A DNA stretch of 63,749 nt, counting the filler, from an uncultured bacterium (GTDB lineage Bacteria; CAYJRR01), in assembly GCA_964372275.1 (NCBI GenBank). It is 3 parts of 3 records of this genome, joined end to end, with 100 filler letters (N's around TTAATTAATTAA, not from the genome) between each part and the next. Parts side by side here need not be neighbours in the genome. Positions count along the whole stretch, not along the records: positions 1 to 13,865 come from CAYJRR010000003.1; 2 more parts are not named here. One strand, 5' to 3'. How positions within the stretch are numbered: the first letter of the stretch is position 1; each line of letters opens with the position of its first letter. The translations under genes and the position numbers were made by a program. The notes beneath the pieces were generated by a model. That model saw only the letters and a program-made list of their open reading frames with translations, did no database searches and was not told where the DNA came from. This document shows positions 1-8,980 of the stretch, one piece after another.

Positions 1-1
1 C

Positions 2-523
2 AAGGACGCGATCGGGCGCCATTGGCAGCTGTCGACGGTGCAGTTCGACTTCAACGAGCCGGAGCGATTCGACCTCTCCTTCGTCGGCGAAGACAACAAG
101 CCGCATCGTCCCTACATGGTCCACCGCGCGCTCTACGGGTCGATGGAGCGGTTCTTCGGCGTGCTGCTCGAGCACCATGCCGGGGCCTTCCCGCTCTGGC
201 TGGCGCCGGTGCAGGCGCGGGTGCTCCCGGTGACCGACCGGGTGCTTCCCTACGCGAACCGGGTCGCCGCCGAGCTTCGCCGCGCCGCCATCCGCGTCGA
301 GGTCGACGCGAGCAACGAGAAGCTGGGCTACAAGATCCGGGAAGCGCAGCTGCAGAAGATCCCCTACATGCTGGTGGTCGGGGACCAGGAGATGGAGAAG
401 GGCGGGGTCGCGCCGCGCCGCCGCACGGGCGAGGACCTCAAGTTCATGTCGACGGCCGATTTCCAAACACTCGTCCAGGACGAGGTGTCGAGGGAGATGG
501 CCGCCGGTGCGGTGTCCACCTAA
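2..523 (+). CDS. thrS: Threonine--tRNA ligase, C-terminal part (5' truncated by window edge)
   Basis: KDAIGRHWQLSTVQFDF, MVHRALYGSMERF, FPLWLAPVQ and EKLGYKIREAQLQKIPY motifs; lies before infC. Confidence 0.97.
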   Translation, partial: KDAIGRHWQLSTVQFDFNEPERFDLSFVGEDNKPHRPYMVHRALYGSMERFFGVLLEHHAGAFPLWLAPVQARVLPVTDRVLPYANRVAAELRRAAIRVEVDASNEKLGYKIREAQLQKIPYMLVVGDQEMEKGGVAPRRRTGEDLKFMSTADFQTLVQDEVSREMAAGAVST

Positions 524-541
524 ACCGAAAGAGGAGCGAGA

Positions 542-1282
542 TTGTCCTTTCCGCAACGAGGAGCTGGTGACCGCGGGGCCGCGAGCGGCCCCGGCAACCT
601 GAAGATCAACTATCGCATCCGCGCCAAGCAGGTGCGCGTGATCGACCCCGAGGGGCAGCAGCTCGGGGTGCTGGCGCTTCCCGACGCGATCCGCAAGGCG
701 GAGGAGGCGGGTCTCGACCTGGTCGAGATCTCGCCGATGTCGACACCGCCGGTCTGCCGCATCATGGACTACGGGAAGTTCAAGTACGACACCAAGAAGC
801 GGGCGCAGGAGTCGCGCCGGCACCAGACGGTGGTGGAGATCAAGGAAGTGAAGATGCGTCCGAAGACGGACGAACACGACCTCGATTTCAAGATCAAGCA
901 CATCCAGCGCTTCCTCGAGGAAGGGAACAAGGTCAAGGTGACGGTCATGTTCCGCGGGCGCGAGATCACGCACGCGGAGATCGGCCGCGACCTGTTGCGG
1001 GACGTGGCGGAGAAGGTGAAGGCCCAGGGGCAGATCGAGGTCGTACCCAAGATCGAGGGGAAGAGCATGTTCATGATCCTCTCGGCCGCGCGGAAGGGTG
1101 GCGGCGCCCCGCGCCCGCAGCCGTCGGCCGCGTCGTCCGCGTCGCCCGCCGGAGCGGCGCCGGCGACCGCGCCGAGGCCTGCACCGGCCGCCGTCGCGGC
1201 GCGTCCGGCCGGTCCGGAGATCGAAGTCAAGCGACGTCCCCCGGCCGCGGGGATCGATTCCAGAGAGCAGAAGGGAACCTGA
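542..1282 (+). CDS. infC: Translation initiation factor IF-3 with Ala/Pro-rich C-terminal extension
   Basis: INYRIRAKQVRVID, PPVCRIMDYGKFKY, KEVKMRP, FRGRE; TTG start after GAGGAG. Confidence 0.96.
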   Translation: MSFPQRGAGDRGAASGPGNLKINYRIRAKQVRVIDPEGQQLGVLALPDAIRKAEEAGLDLVEISPMSTPPVCRIMDYGKFKYDTKKRAQESRRHQTVVEIKEVKMRPKTDEHDLDFKIKHIQRFLEEGNKVKVTVMFRGREITHAEIGRDLLRDVAEKVKAQGQIEVVPKIEGKSMFMILSAARKGGGAPRPQPSAASSASPAGAAPATAPRPAPAAVAARPAGPEIEVKRRPPAAGIDSREQKGT

Positions 1283-1284
1283 CG

Positions 1285-1479
1285 ATGCCGAAGATCAAGT
1301 CGAAGCGGGGCGCGATGAAGCGCTTCAAGGTGACCGCCGGTGGCAAGGTCCGCCATGCCAAGGCGTTCAAGAACCACATCCTCACGAACAAGGGGCGCAA
1401 GCGGAAGCGCCATCTGAAGGCCCTCGGGATCATGAACACCACCGACGGCCGCAAGGCGAAGAAGCTGCTGTCCACCTAA
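1285..1479 (+). CDS. rpmI: 50S ribosomal protein L35
   Basis: MPKIKSKRGAMKRFKVTAGGKV; position between infC and rplT. Confidence 0.97.
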   Translation: MPKIKSKRGAMKRFKVTAGGKVRHAKAFKNHILTNKGRKRKRHLKALGIMNTTDGRKAKKLLST

Positions 1480-1533
1480 CGTTTCCGTCCCCGGCGCCAC
1501 GCGCGCCGGGGCGCTGTTGGAAGGAATGAACCG

Positions 1534-1905
1534 ATGCCACGCGTAAAGAGAGCCGTCATCTCCCGGCGGCGGAAGAAGAAGATCTTCCAGAAGACGAAGG
1601 GTTTCTACTCGGGGCGCCGCCGCCTGCTGCGGTCGGCGCTGGAGACGCTGCAGCGCGGAGGGGCGTTCGCCCACCGCGACCGCCGCGTGAAGAAGCGCGA
1701 ATACCGCGCGCTGTTCGTGCAGCGCTTGAACGCCGGAGCGCGCGAGAACGGGCTGTCCTACAGCCGTCTCATCGCGGGGCTCAAGAAGGCGGGGATCGAG
1801 ATCAACCGGAAGATGCTCTCCGAGCTCGCGATCCACGACGCCCCGGCGTTCGCGAAGGTGGTCGAGGCGGCCAAGGCGGCGCTGGGAGCCGCGAAAGCGG
1901 CGTAG
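1534..1905 (+). CDS. rplT: 50S ribosomal protein L20
   Basis: MPRVKRAV, RDRRVKKREYRALF, INRKMLSELAI. Confidence 0.97.
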   Translation: MPRVKRAVISRRRKKKIFQKTKGFYSGRRRLLRSALETLQRGGAFAHRDRRVKKREYRALFVQRLNAGARENGLSYSRLIAGLKKAGIEINRKMLSELAIHDAPAFAKVVEAAKAALGAAKAA

Positions 1906-1924
1906 CCGACCCGCTCCGAGGCGA

Positions 1925-3001
1925 GTGCTCGACCGAATCGAACAGCTGGAGCGCGATGCCCTGGCGGCGCTCGACCGCGCGGCCGACCTGCGCGCGGTCG
2001 AAGAGGTGCGATCGACGTTCCTCGGCCGGCTGGACGGCGCGCTCACCGTCCTCCTGCGTGGACTGCGCGATCTTCCCGCGGAGCAGCGCCCGGCCGTCGG
2101 CGCGCGCGCCAACCGGGCCAAGGTCGCAATCGAGGCCCGGATCGAGGCGGCGATGGTCCGCCTCGGCGGCGCGGAGCGGGAGCGGAGACGGGCCGAATCG
2201 GCCGTCGACGTGACGCTGCCGGCGCGGACCGTTCCGCGCGGGCAGGTCCATCCGATCACGCGCGTCTGTGAGGAGATCGTCGACGTCTTCCAGCGCATGG
2301 GATTCGGCGTGGAGCGGGGACCGGAGGTCGAAAGCGACTTCCACAACTTCGCCGCGCTCAACTTCCCCGCCGACCACCCCGCGCGCGACATGCAGGACAC
2401 CCTCTTCGTGCGGGGCGTGGGCTCCGGAGGCGCGGCCTCCGTCGACGGGCCGCGGGGCGGGCCGATGCTTCTCCGCACGCACACCTCTCCGGTGCAGATC
2501 CGCACCATGCTGCGGAGGAAGCCGCCGATCCGCGTGATCGTGCCCGGCGCGGTCTACCGGCACGACTCGGACCAGACGCACTCGCCGATGTTCCACCAGG
2601 TCGAGGGACTGCTCGTCGACGAGGGGATCTCGATGGCCGACCTGCGCGGCGTGCTGGGGGAGTTCGCGCGCGCGATGTTCGGCGCCAAGGCCGGAGTTCG
2701 CCTCCGGCCCAGCTTCTTCCCGTTCGTCGAGCCGGGGTGCGAGGTCGACGTCTCCTGCTTCCTCTGCGGGCCTTCGACGCGGTCCGCCTGCCGCGTCTGC
2801 AAGGGCACCGGCTGGGTCGAAATCCTGGGGGCGGGGATGGTCCATCCCGAGGTCTTCCGCGCCGTCGGCTACGACCCGGAGACGACGCAGGGGTTCGCCT
2901 TCGGGCTGGGGATCGAGCGGGTGGCGATGCTGCGCTACCGGATCCCCGACATCCGCCTCTTCTACGACAGCGACCTCCGCTTCCTCCGACAGTTCGCGTG
3001 A
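1925..3001 (+). CDS. pheS: Phenylalanine--tRNA ligase alpha subunit
   Basis: HPARDMQDT, LLRTHTSPVQIR, HSPMFHQVEG, FAFGLGIER. Confidence 0.97.
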   Translation: MLDRIEQLERDALAALDRAADLRAVEEVRSTFLGRLDGALTVLLRGLRDLPAEQRPAVGARANRAKVAIEARIEAAMVRLGGAERERRRAESAVDVTLPARTVPRGQVHPITRVCEEIVDVFQRMGFGVERGPEVESDFHNFAALNFPADHPARDMQDTLFVRGVGSGGAASVDGPRGGPMLLRTHTSPVQIRTMLRRKPPIRVIVPGAVYRHDSDQTHSPMFHQVEGLLVDEGISMADLRGVLGEFARAMFGAKAGVRLRPSFFPFVEPGCEVDVSCFLCGPSTRSACRVCKGTGWVEILGAGMVHPEVFRAVGYDPETTQGFAFGLGIERVAMLRYRIPDIRLFYDSDLRFLRQFA

Positions 3002-3014
3002 ACGAGCCGATCCG

Positions 3015-5447
3015 ATGCGCGTCACCTACCGCTGGCTGAAGGAGTTCCTCCCCGATCTGTCCGCGTCGGCGGAAGAGGTCGCGGCCGCGTTGACCTCGGC
3101 CGGCCTGGAGGTCGAGTCGGTCGAGTCTCTCGCCGCGGGCTTCGAGAAGGTGGTCGTCGGCCGGCTGCTCGAGGTCAGGCGGCATCCGAACGCCGACCGG
3201 CTGACGGTCTGCGACGTGACGCTATCGCCCGACGCGCGATCCGTCCGGCAGATCGTCTGCGGCGCGAACAACCACAAGGCCGGCGACAAGGTCGCGGTGG
3301 CGCTGCCCGGGGCGACGCTGCCCAACGGGACGGCGATCCAGAAAGGGAAGATCCGCGGCGAGGTCTCGGACGGGATGCTCTGTTCGGAGACGGAGCTGCG
3401 CCTCCGGGAGTCGTCGGCCGGGATCTGGATCCTGCCGCCGGATACCGTCGAGGGACGGCCGGTGGCGGAGGCGATGAACCTCGCCGACTGGGCGTTCGAG
3501 GTCGCCGTGACTCCGAACCGGGGGGACTGCCTCTCGGTGATCGGCCTGGCGCGCGAAGCGGGCGCGGCGCTCGAGGTCCCGTTCCGGGTGCCGCGCGTCG
3601 ACGTGCCGGTGGCGCCCGCCGCCGCGTCGTCGGCGGTGAAGCTGTTCGTCGACGATCCGGCCGGTTGTCCGCGCTACGTGGCGCGCGTGATCGAAGGGGT
3701 GACGATCGGTCCCTCCCCGGCGTGGATGGTGCGCCGGCTGGAGGCGTGCGGCGTCCGCGCCATCAACGCGGTCGTCGACGTCACCAACTACGTGATGCTC
3801 GAGACCGGCCAGCCGCTGCACGCCTTCGACGCCGAGCGGATCCGCGGGGGGGAGATCGTGGTGCGCGCCGCGCGCCCCGGCGAATCGATGAAAACGCTCG
3901 ACGGCGTCGAGCGGGCGCTCGTCGCCGACGACCTGGTGATCGCCGATGGCGCGGGGGCGGTGGCGATCGCCGGGGTGATGGGGGGCGAGGGGTCCGGGGT
4001 CCGCGAGACGACGACGACGATCGTCCTGGAGGCGGCGCACTTCGATCCCGCGCGGGTGCGGCGCACGGCGCGGCGGCTGGGGCTGCACACCGACGCCTCG
4101 CACCGGTTCGAACGCGACGTCGATCCCTCCGGGGTCGATCGCGCGAGCAGCGATGCCGCGCGCCGGATCGCCGAGCTCACCGGCGGACGCGTGCTGGCGG
4201 GATCGGTGGAACGGTCGGCCGGCGCGTTCGAGCCGCGGGAGGTGGCCTTGACCGCGGCGCGCGTCCGTTCGCTCCTCGGGATCGAGATCGAGGAGCGCGA
4301 GATCGTCGACCTCTTGGCGCCGCTCCAGCTCCACGCGCGGCCGGACGGACCGGGCCGGCTGGCGGTCACCGTGCCGCGGTTTCGGGCCGACCTCAAGATC
4401 GAAGCCGACCTGGTGGAGGAGGTGGCGCGGAGACGGGGCTACGAACGGATCCCGGAGCGGCGACCGCTGGCGCGGATGACGGCGGAGGGGCACAGCTCCG
4501 ACCTGGAGCGGGTGCGCGCGGCGCGCGCGCTGCTCGTCGGCCTCGGATTCTCGGAGGCGATCCACCTGCCGTTCGCCCCCGAGGACGAAGCGGCGCGCTT
4601 CAAGCTGCCGCCCGAGGATCCGCGGGCGCAGACCGTTCCGCTGGCCAATCCGCTGGCGGCCGATCAGGCGGTGCTGCGCGCGACGCTCGTGCCCGGTCTG
4701 CTTCGGGCGCTGGCGCGAAACCGCGCGCTGCGGACGTTTGACGTGCGGCTGTTCGAGCTGCGGCCGGCGTTCCGGTGGCAGGGGGCCGGGCGGCTGCCGG
4801 ATGAGACGCGGCGCCTTTCGGCGATCCTCTCGGGCCGGCGTCATCCACCGCATTGGGGCCAGCCCTCGCTCGACGTCGACCTGTTCGACGCCAAGGCGGT
4901 CGCGGAGACGGCGGTGGCCGCGCTCACGCGGCGCGCCGCCGCCTTCGTACCGTCGACCGAGCCGTTCCTGATCGCCGGTGCGCAGGCCCACGTCGACGTG
5001 GCGGGCCGCACCGTCGGGTTCGTCGGGGAGCTCGACCCGGAGGTCCTCGCCGCCTTTGGCCTTCCCGCGGGGACCGGCGCGATCGCACGCGCCTTTGCCG
5101 TCGAGCTCGACTTCGACGCACTGGTCGCCCTCGGGTGTCCGACGCCGACCTACGAGGAACTGCCGCGCCATCCGTCGGTGGAACGGGATCTGGCGCTGCT
5201 CGTCGACGACGGCGTCTCCGCCGGAAGCCTGCTGTCCGCCATTCGTGCGTACCAGAAGAAGGGCCTGGAGGCGGTGGAGGTCGTCGACCTCTATCGCGGC
5301 GATCGGCTTCCCGCGGGGAAGAAGAGCCTCGCGCTACGAATGACCTGGCGCGCCGCCGACCGGACGCTGACCGACGACGAGGTCAACGCGCTTCACGAGA
5401 AGGTCGTCGTTCAGCTGGTTTCGACGTTCAAGGCCGAGCGGCGATGA
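3015..5447 (+). CDS. pheT: Phenylalanine--tRNA ligase beta subunit
   Basis: HPNADRLTVC, TPNRGDCLS, GQPLHAFD, C-terminal RTLTDDEV anticodon-binding domain. Confidence 0.97.
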   Translation: MRVTYRWLKEFLPDLSASAEEVAAALTSAGLEVESVESLAAGFEKVVVGRLLEVRRHPNADRLTVCDVTLSPDARSVRQIVCGANNHKAGDKVAVALPGATLPNGTAIQKGKIRGEVSDGMLCSETELRLRESSAGIWILPPDTVEGRPVAEAMNLADWAFEVAVTPNRGDCLSVIGLAREAGAALEVPFRVPRVDVPVAPAAASSAVKLFVDDPAGCPRYVARVIEGVTIGPSPAWMVRRLEACGVRAINAVVDVTNYVMLETGQPLHAFDAERIRGGEIVVRAARPGESMKTLDGVERALVADDLVIADGAGAVAIAGVMGGEGSGVRETTTTIVLEAAHFDPARVRRTARRLGLHTDASHRFERDVDPSGVDRASSDAARRIAELTGGRVLAGSVERSAGAFEPREVALTAARVRSLLGIEIEEREIVDLLAPLQLHARPDGPGRLAVTVPRFRADLKIEADLVEEVARRRGYERIPERRPLARMTAEGHSSDLERVRAARALLVGLGFSEAIHLPFAPEDEAARFKLPPEDPRAQTVPLANPLAADQAVLRATLVPGLLRALARNRALRTFDVRLFELRPAFRWQGAGRLPDETRRLSAILSGRRHPPHWGQPSLDVDLFDAKAVAETAVAALTRRAAAFVPSTEPFLIAGAQAHVDVAGRTVGFVGELDPEVLAAFGLPAGTGAIARAFAVELDFDALVALGCPTPTYEELPRHPSVERDLALLVDDGVSAGSLLSAIRAYQKKGLEAVEVVDLYRGDRLPAGKKSLALRMTWRAADRTLTDDEVNALHEKVVVQLVSTFKAERR

Positions 5448-5672
5448 GGTCGTGTCGGTAGGCGCGGGCGCCGCGTCGCCGCCCCGTCGAATCGACGTGC
5501 CGCGGCAGGCCCAACGAGCGCCCGCGCGGGCGCGCCGGAGGCGATCCCGCGGCCCTTCCCTCGACGAGGAGGCGCCGATCCCCTCCCCAGGCGTGGTAGT
5601 TGCTGAATTTGTTTGCTTATTTGACGTTTTGGGGGCACAAAGAGGGGTATGGATCCCAAGGAGGGCGGTTCG

Positions 5673-5981
5673 ATGACGAAGGCGGACATCGTCGAGAACG
5701 TCTATGAAAAAGTTGGGTTCTCCAAGAAGGAGTCCGCCGAGATCGTGGAGATGGTGTTCGACACCATCAAAGAGACGCTCGAGCACGCCGAAAAGATCAA
5801 GATCTCGGGCTTCGGTAACTTTGTGATCCGAAGCAAGAAACCCCGCGTCGGTCGCAATCCGCAGACCGGCGAGGAGATCGAGATCTCGGCGCGGAAGGTG
5901 CTGACCTTCAAGCCGAGCCAAGTCCTCAAGAACGCGCTGAATGCCGCCATCGCCGCCGAGTCGGCGAAGGCCGGATCGTGA
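5673..5981 (+). CDS. ihfA: Integration host factor subunit alpha
   Basis: MTKADIVE, KISGFGNF, GRNPQTGEEI; follows pheT. Confidence 0.95.
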   Translation: MTKADIVENVYEKVGFSKKESAEIVEMVFDTIKETLEHAEKIKISGFGNFVIRSKKPRVGRNPQTGEEIEISARKVLTFKPSQVLKNALNAAIAAESAKAGS

Positions 5982-6331
5982 TTCTCCCCGAGAAGATCTA
6001 CTTCAAGATCGGTGAAGTGGCCCGTCTGACCGGTTTGAAGGCCTACGTCCTCCGCTACTGGGAGACGGAGTTCAAGGCGATCCAGCCGGTCAAGTCCCGG
6101 TCGGGCCAGCGTCTCTACCGCAAGCGCGACGTCGAGCTGATCGTCGCGATCCGCGAGCTGCTCTACGAAAGGCGCTACACGATCGAAGGGGCGCGGAAGA
6201 AGATCCGCGAGATATCGGGGGACGGGGAGCTGGCGCTGATCGAGGGGACCACGCCCGCGCCGGTGGCGCTCCAGCGGATCCGCGACATCGCCCACGACAT
6301 CCTCTCCCTGGCCTCACGTCCGGTGGCCTGA
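5978..6331 (+). CDS. MerR-family transcriptional regulator
   Basis: YFKIGEVA..LRYWETEF..GQRLYR HTH; usual ihfA-merR-tRNAPro synteny. Confidence 0.92.
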   Translation: MILPEKIYFKIGEVARLTGLKAYVLRYWETEFKAIQPVKSRSGQRLYRKRDVELIVAIRELLYERRYTIEGARKKIREISGDGELALIEGTTPAPVALQRIRDIAHDILSLASRPVA

Positions 6332-6384
6332 CCACCACCGTCGTTGCGCGGACGATGCGTCTGGTCTATGGTGCCGCGTCGTTT

Positions 6385-6461
6385 CGGCGCGTAGCGCAGC
6401 CTGGTAGCGCACTTGCTTGGGGTGCAAGGGGCCGTGGGTTCAAATCCCGCCGCGCCGACCA
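6385..6461 (+). tRNA. tRNA-Pro(GGG)
   Basis: CGGCGCG/CGCGCCG acceptor stem, CTTGC-TTGGGGT-GCAAG anticodon arm, GTTCAAATC T-loop, encoded CCA. Confidence 0.97.
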
Positions 6462-6463
6462 AA

Positions 6464-6496
6464 TCGCCCTTCGGGCTTCCCTCGGGGCCTCCCCGA
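6464..6496 (+). repeat. REP-like palindromic repeat (family A), copy next to tRNA-Pro
   Basis: tcgcccttcgggcttccctcggggcctccccga, near-identical to the copies at 7039-7120. Confidence 0.85.
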
Positions 6497-6503
6497 GCGT
6501 CTG

Positions 6504-6899
6504 TCAGACGACGAGCTTGACCGTCGGAGCCGCCGGCGGCGGTTCGTCGCGCACCGAACGATACGCCTCGTCACGCGTCCGATGCTTCGCGAAGCGATCG
6601 GCCGCGCGCCGTCCGCTCGCGGCGTCGCGCTCCGCCGGCGAACGTTCCGCGGGCAGCACGACGGCCGTGGCGAGGGGCGGGCCGACCTCGGCCGTCTCGT
6701 CCGGCGTGTTCTCCACGTCGGCGGCCGGTGCGAGTGCGGGCGGGGGGGCGACGGTGAGCGCTCGAGAGGGGTCCGGGGAGTTCCCCGGGGAAGCGCGAAG
6801 GGCGGATCGGTCGGCCCGGCGGATCGTCTCCACCTCGTCGGACGGATCGAAGGTCCAAACGGTGAAGGTGGGTTGCGTCGTTTCGGCCGATGCGCTCAC
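6504..6899 (-). CDS. Hypothetical low-complexity protein (~131 aa), putative sigma54-dependent gene
   Basis: Open frame; GTG at 6899 lies just downstream of a sigma54 -24/-12 motif; no recognisable domain; start uncertain. Confidence 0.5.
   Translation of the reverse strand: MSASAETTQPTFTVWTFDPSDEVETIRRADRSALRASPGNSPDPSRALTVAPPPALAPAADVENTPDETAEVGPPLATAVVLPAERSPAERDAASGRRAADRFAKHRTRDEAYRSVRDEPPPAAPTVKLVV
6767..6812 (-). repeat. REP-like repeat family A, inverted copy inside the ORF
   Basis: aggggtccggggagttccccggggaagcgcgaagggcggatcggtc is a close reverse complement of the 7039-7120 unit. Confidence 0.8.
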
Positions 6900-6914
6900 G
6901 GGGGGAAGGGGTTG

Positions 6915-6931
6915 AGCAACCTCCGAGCCAA
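6915..6931 (-). promoter_or_regulatory. Putative sigma54 promoter
   Basis: Minus strand reads TTGGCTCGGAGGTTGCT: GG-N10-GC with TGGC and TTGC boxes. Confidence 0.65.
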
Positions 6932-7038
6932 CCCGGAGCCGTCCGAAGTGCCCATGACGTCGAGAGATTCGCGGCACGGGGCCCGGCCGGCCTGACGACC
7001 GGAGCTCCCGGCGAGGGACAGCCACTCCCCACCGACGG

Positions 7039-7120
7039 ACCGGTCCGCCCTTCGGGCTTCCTCGGGGCCTCCCCGAACCGGTTCGCCCTTCGGGCTTCCT
7101 CGGGGCCTCCCCGAACCCCT
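7039..7120 (+). repeat. REP-like repeat family A, two tandem 38-bp units
   Basis: accggt(c/t)cgcccttcgggcttcctcggggcctccccga twice, one mismatch. Confidence 0.9.
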
Positions 7121-8936
7121 ACGCCTCGTCTCCGCCGACGCCGAGCCGCTTTTTGATCTTGGTCAAGCGGCTGCGCTCGATTCCGAGCGACTCGGCGGCG
7201 CGGCTCACCACGCCGCCCGAATCGCGCAATGCGCGCTCGACGAGCGCCCGTTCGAGCGTCGCCACCGCCTCGTCGTAGCCGAGTCTGGAGGGGACGACGA
7301 CGGCGTTCGGATCGTGGCCGCCCCGGGCCGGCGACCGACCATCGCGGATGTGGCTCGACACGAAGGCCAGCGGGATCGGATGGCCGTCCTCGGCGAGGAG
7401 GACCAATCGCTCGATCTCGTGCTCCAGCTCGCGCACGTTGCCCGGCCAGCCGTAGGCCTCGAGCGCGCGCATCGCCTCCAAGGAGAATCCCGGCAGGCGG
7501 CGGCCGTGGCGCTCGCACAGGCTCGCCAGGAAGTGCTGCGCCAGAATCGGGACGTCCCCCTTGCGGTCGCGCAGCGCCGGGAGGCGGACCGCGATCACCA
7601 CCACCCGGAAGTAGAGGTCCTCCCGGAAGGCCCCCTTCTGGACCTCCTTCCAAAGGTCCTTGTGGGTCGCGGAGACGACGCGGACGTTGACGTGGACCGG
7701 ACGGTTGGCTCCGACCGGCATGATCTCGCCGCTCTGCAGGACGCGAAGGAGGCTCGCCTGCACCGAGGGGAGGAGCTCCGCGATCTCGTCGAGGAACAGC
7801 GTCCCGCCGTCGGCCTCCTGGAAGACGCCGCGCCGATCGCGGTCTGCGCCGGTGAACGAACCCTTCTGGTGGCCGAACAGGGTGCTCTGCAGGAGCGACT
7901 CGGTCATCCCGGCGCAGTTCTGCACCACGAACGGGCCATTCGCGCGGGGGCTGCCCAGATGCAGCGCGCGGGCGACCAGTTCCTTCCCGGTGCCGGTCTC
8001 CCCCTGGATGTGGACCGTCGCCTCGGTCTTGCGGACCCGATCGAGCTCGGCCAACGATCGGCGCAGCTCCGGGCTGTTGCCCAGGATGTTCTCGAACCCC
8101 TCGATCCCGGTGAGTCGGTGCCGGAGGTAGGCGTTCTCGCGCCGAAGCCGCTCGTTGATCGCCTCCAGCTCCAGCGTCAGGCGCTCGTTCTCCACCACCA
8201 GCGAATAGGACTCGACGGCACGGGAGGCGATCGCGAGCAGGTCGTGGGTGTCGAACGGCTGGGTGAGGACGTGGAACACCTTCCCGACGTTGACCAGCTC
8301 CCGGATCCGCTCGGCGTCGTTCGTCTCGCTGATCAGGATCCGCGAGAGCCTCAAGTTCGGGTGCTTCTCCGAGATCGCGCGCAGCAGCGGCAGGCCGCTC
8401 CAGACGTTCGGGCGCTCGCGGGCGATCAGCACCGCGACCTCCTGCGCGTCGAGGGCGGCCAACGCCTCCTCGACCGAGCGCGCTTCGCGAACGTCGTAAT
8501 CGAGCGAGAGTGCCGCCTTCATCCGGTCGCGGGTCGCGTCGTCCGGATCGGCGATCAGCACGGTGTAGCGGAACTCGGCGACGAAGGTTGCCAGCCGGTG
8601 CGCCACCCGCGGCGGGCAGGTGGCGTACTTGAGCCCCACGCCGAGCACGTCGCGGCCGACCGAGTCCTGGTCGTGTTGCGTCGTCCAGACGACCTCGGCG
8701 GCGGTGTCGATCGGGTCGGCGTCGTCGGGAAGGAGGAAGCGGAGCTGGACCTTGGCCCCCGCGTCGATCGCCTCGGAGACCGGCTCCTTCGGCAGGCGGA
8801 CGTAGATGCCGTTGACGCTCAGGTTGCCGGTGACGCCGAGCAGCTCCCGCTCTCCGACGCGCAGCCGGCAACGCAGCCGCACCTGGCGGCGGGGCGGGCG
8901 GGGGACCAGCGCCGCGCGCGTGGGCGTCGAGGACAT
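7119..8936 (-). CDS. Sigma54-dependent activator: PilZ + degenerate receiver + AAA+ + Fis HTH
   Basis: RRQVR and NLSVNG PilZ motifs; GETGTGKE, GSFTGA, LFLDEI, WPGNVREL; C-terminal HTH. Confidence 0.92.
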   Translation of the reverse strand: MSSTPTRAALVPRPPRRQVRLRCRLRVGERELLGVTGNLSVNGIYVRLPKEPVSEAIDAGAKVQLRFLLPDDADPIDTAAEVVWTTQHDQDSVGRDVLGVGLKYATCPPRVAHRLATFVAEFRYTVLIADPDDATRDRMKAALSLDYDVREARSVEEALAALDAQEVAVLIARERPNVWSGLPLLRAISEKHPNLRLSRILISETNDAERIRELVNVGKVFHVLTQPFDTHDLLAIASRAVESYSLVVENERLTLELEAINERLRRENAYLRHRLTGIEGFENILGNSPELRRSLAELDRVRKTEATVHIQGETGTGKELVARALHLGSPRANGPFVVQNCAGMTESLLQSTLFGHQKGSFTGADRDRRGVFQEADGGTLFLDEIAELLPSVQASLLRVLQSGEIMPVGANRPVHVNVRVVSATHKDLWKEVQKGAFREDLYFRVVVIAVRLPALRDRKGDVPILAQHFLASLCERHGRRLPGFSLEAMRALEAYGWPGNVRELEHEIERLVLLAEDGHPIPLAFVSSHIRDGRSPARGGHDPNAVVVPSRLGYDEAVATLERALVERALRDSGGVVSRAAESLGIERSRLTKIKKRLGVGGDEA

Positions 8937-8980
8937 AGCCGTTCGAAGGATAGTCCGATTTGTGGTATCTGCGCGAGGAG

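Noticed and set aside
7039-7120. Tandem 38-bp palindromic units as a CRISPR array
   Set aside because: No spacers between units, no cas genes, and the other copies are dispersed in both orientations.
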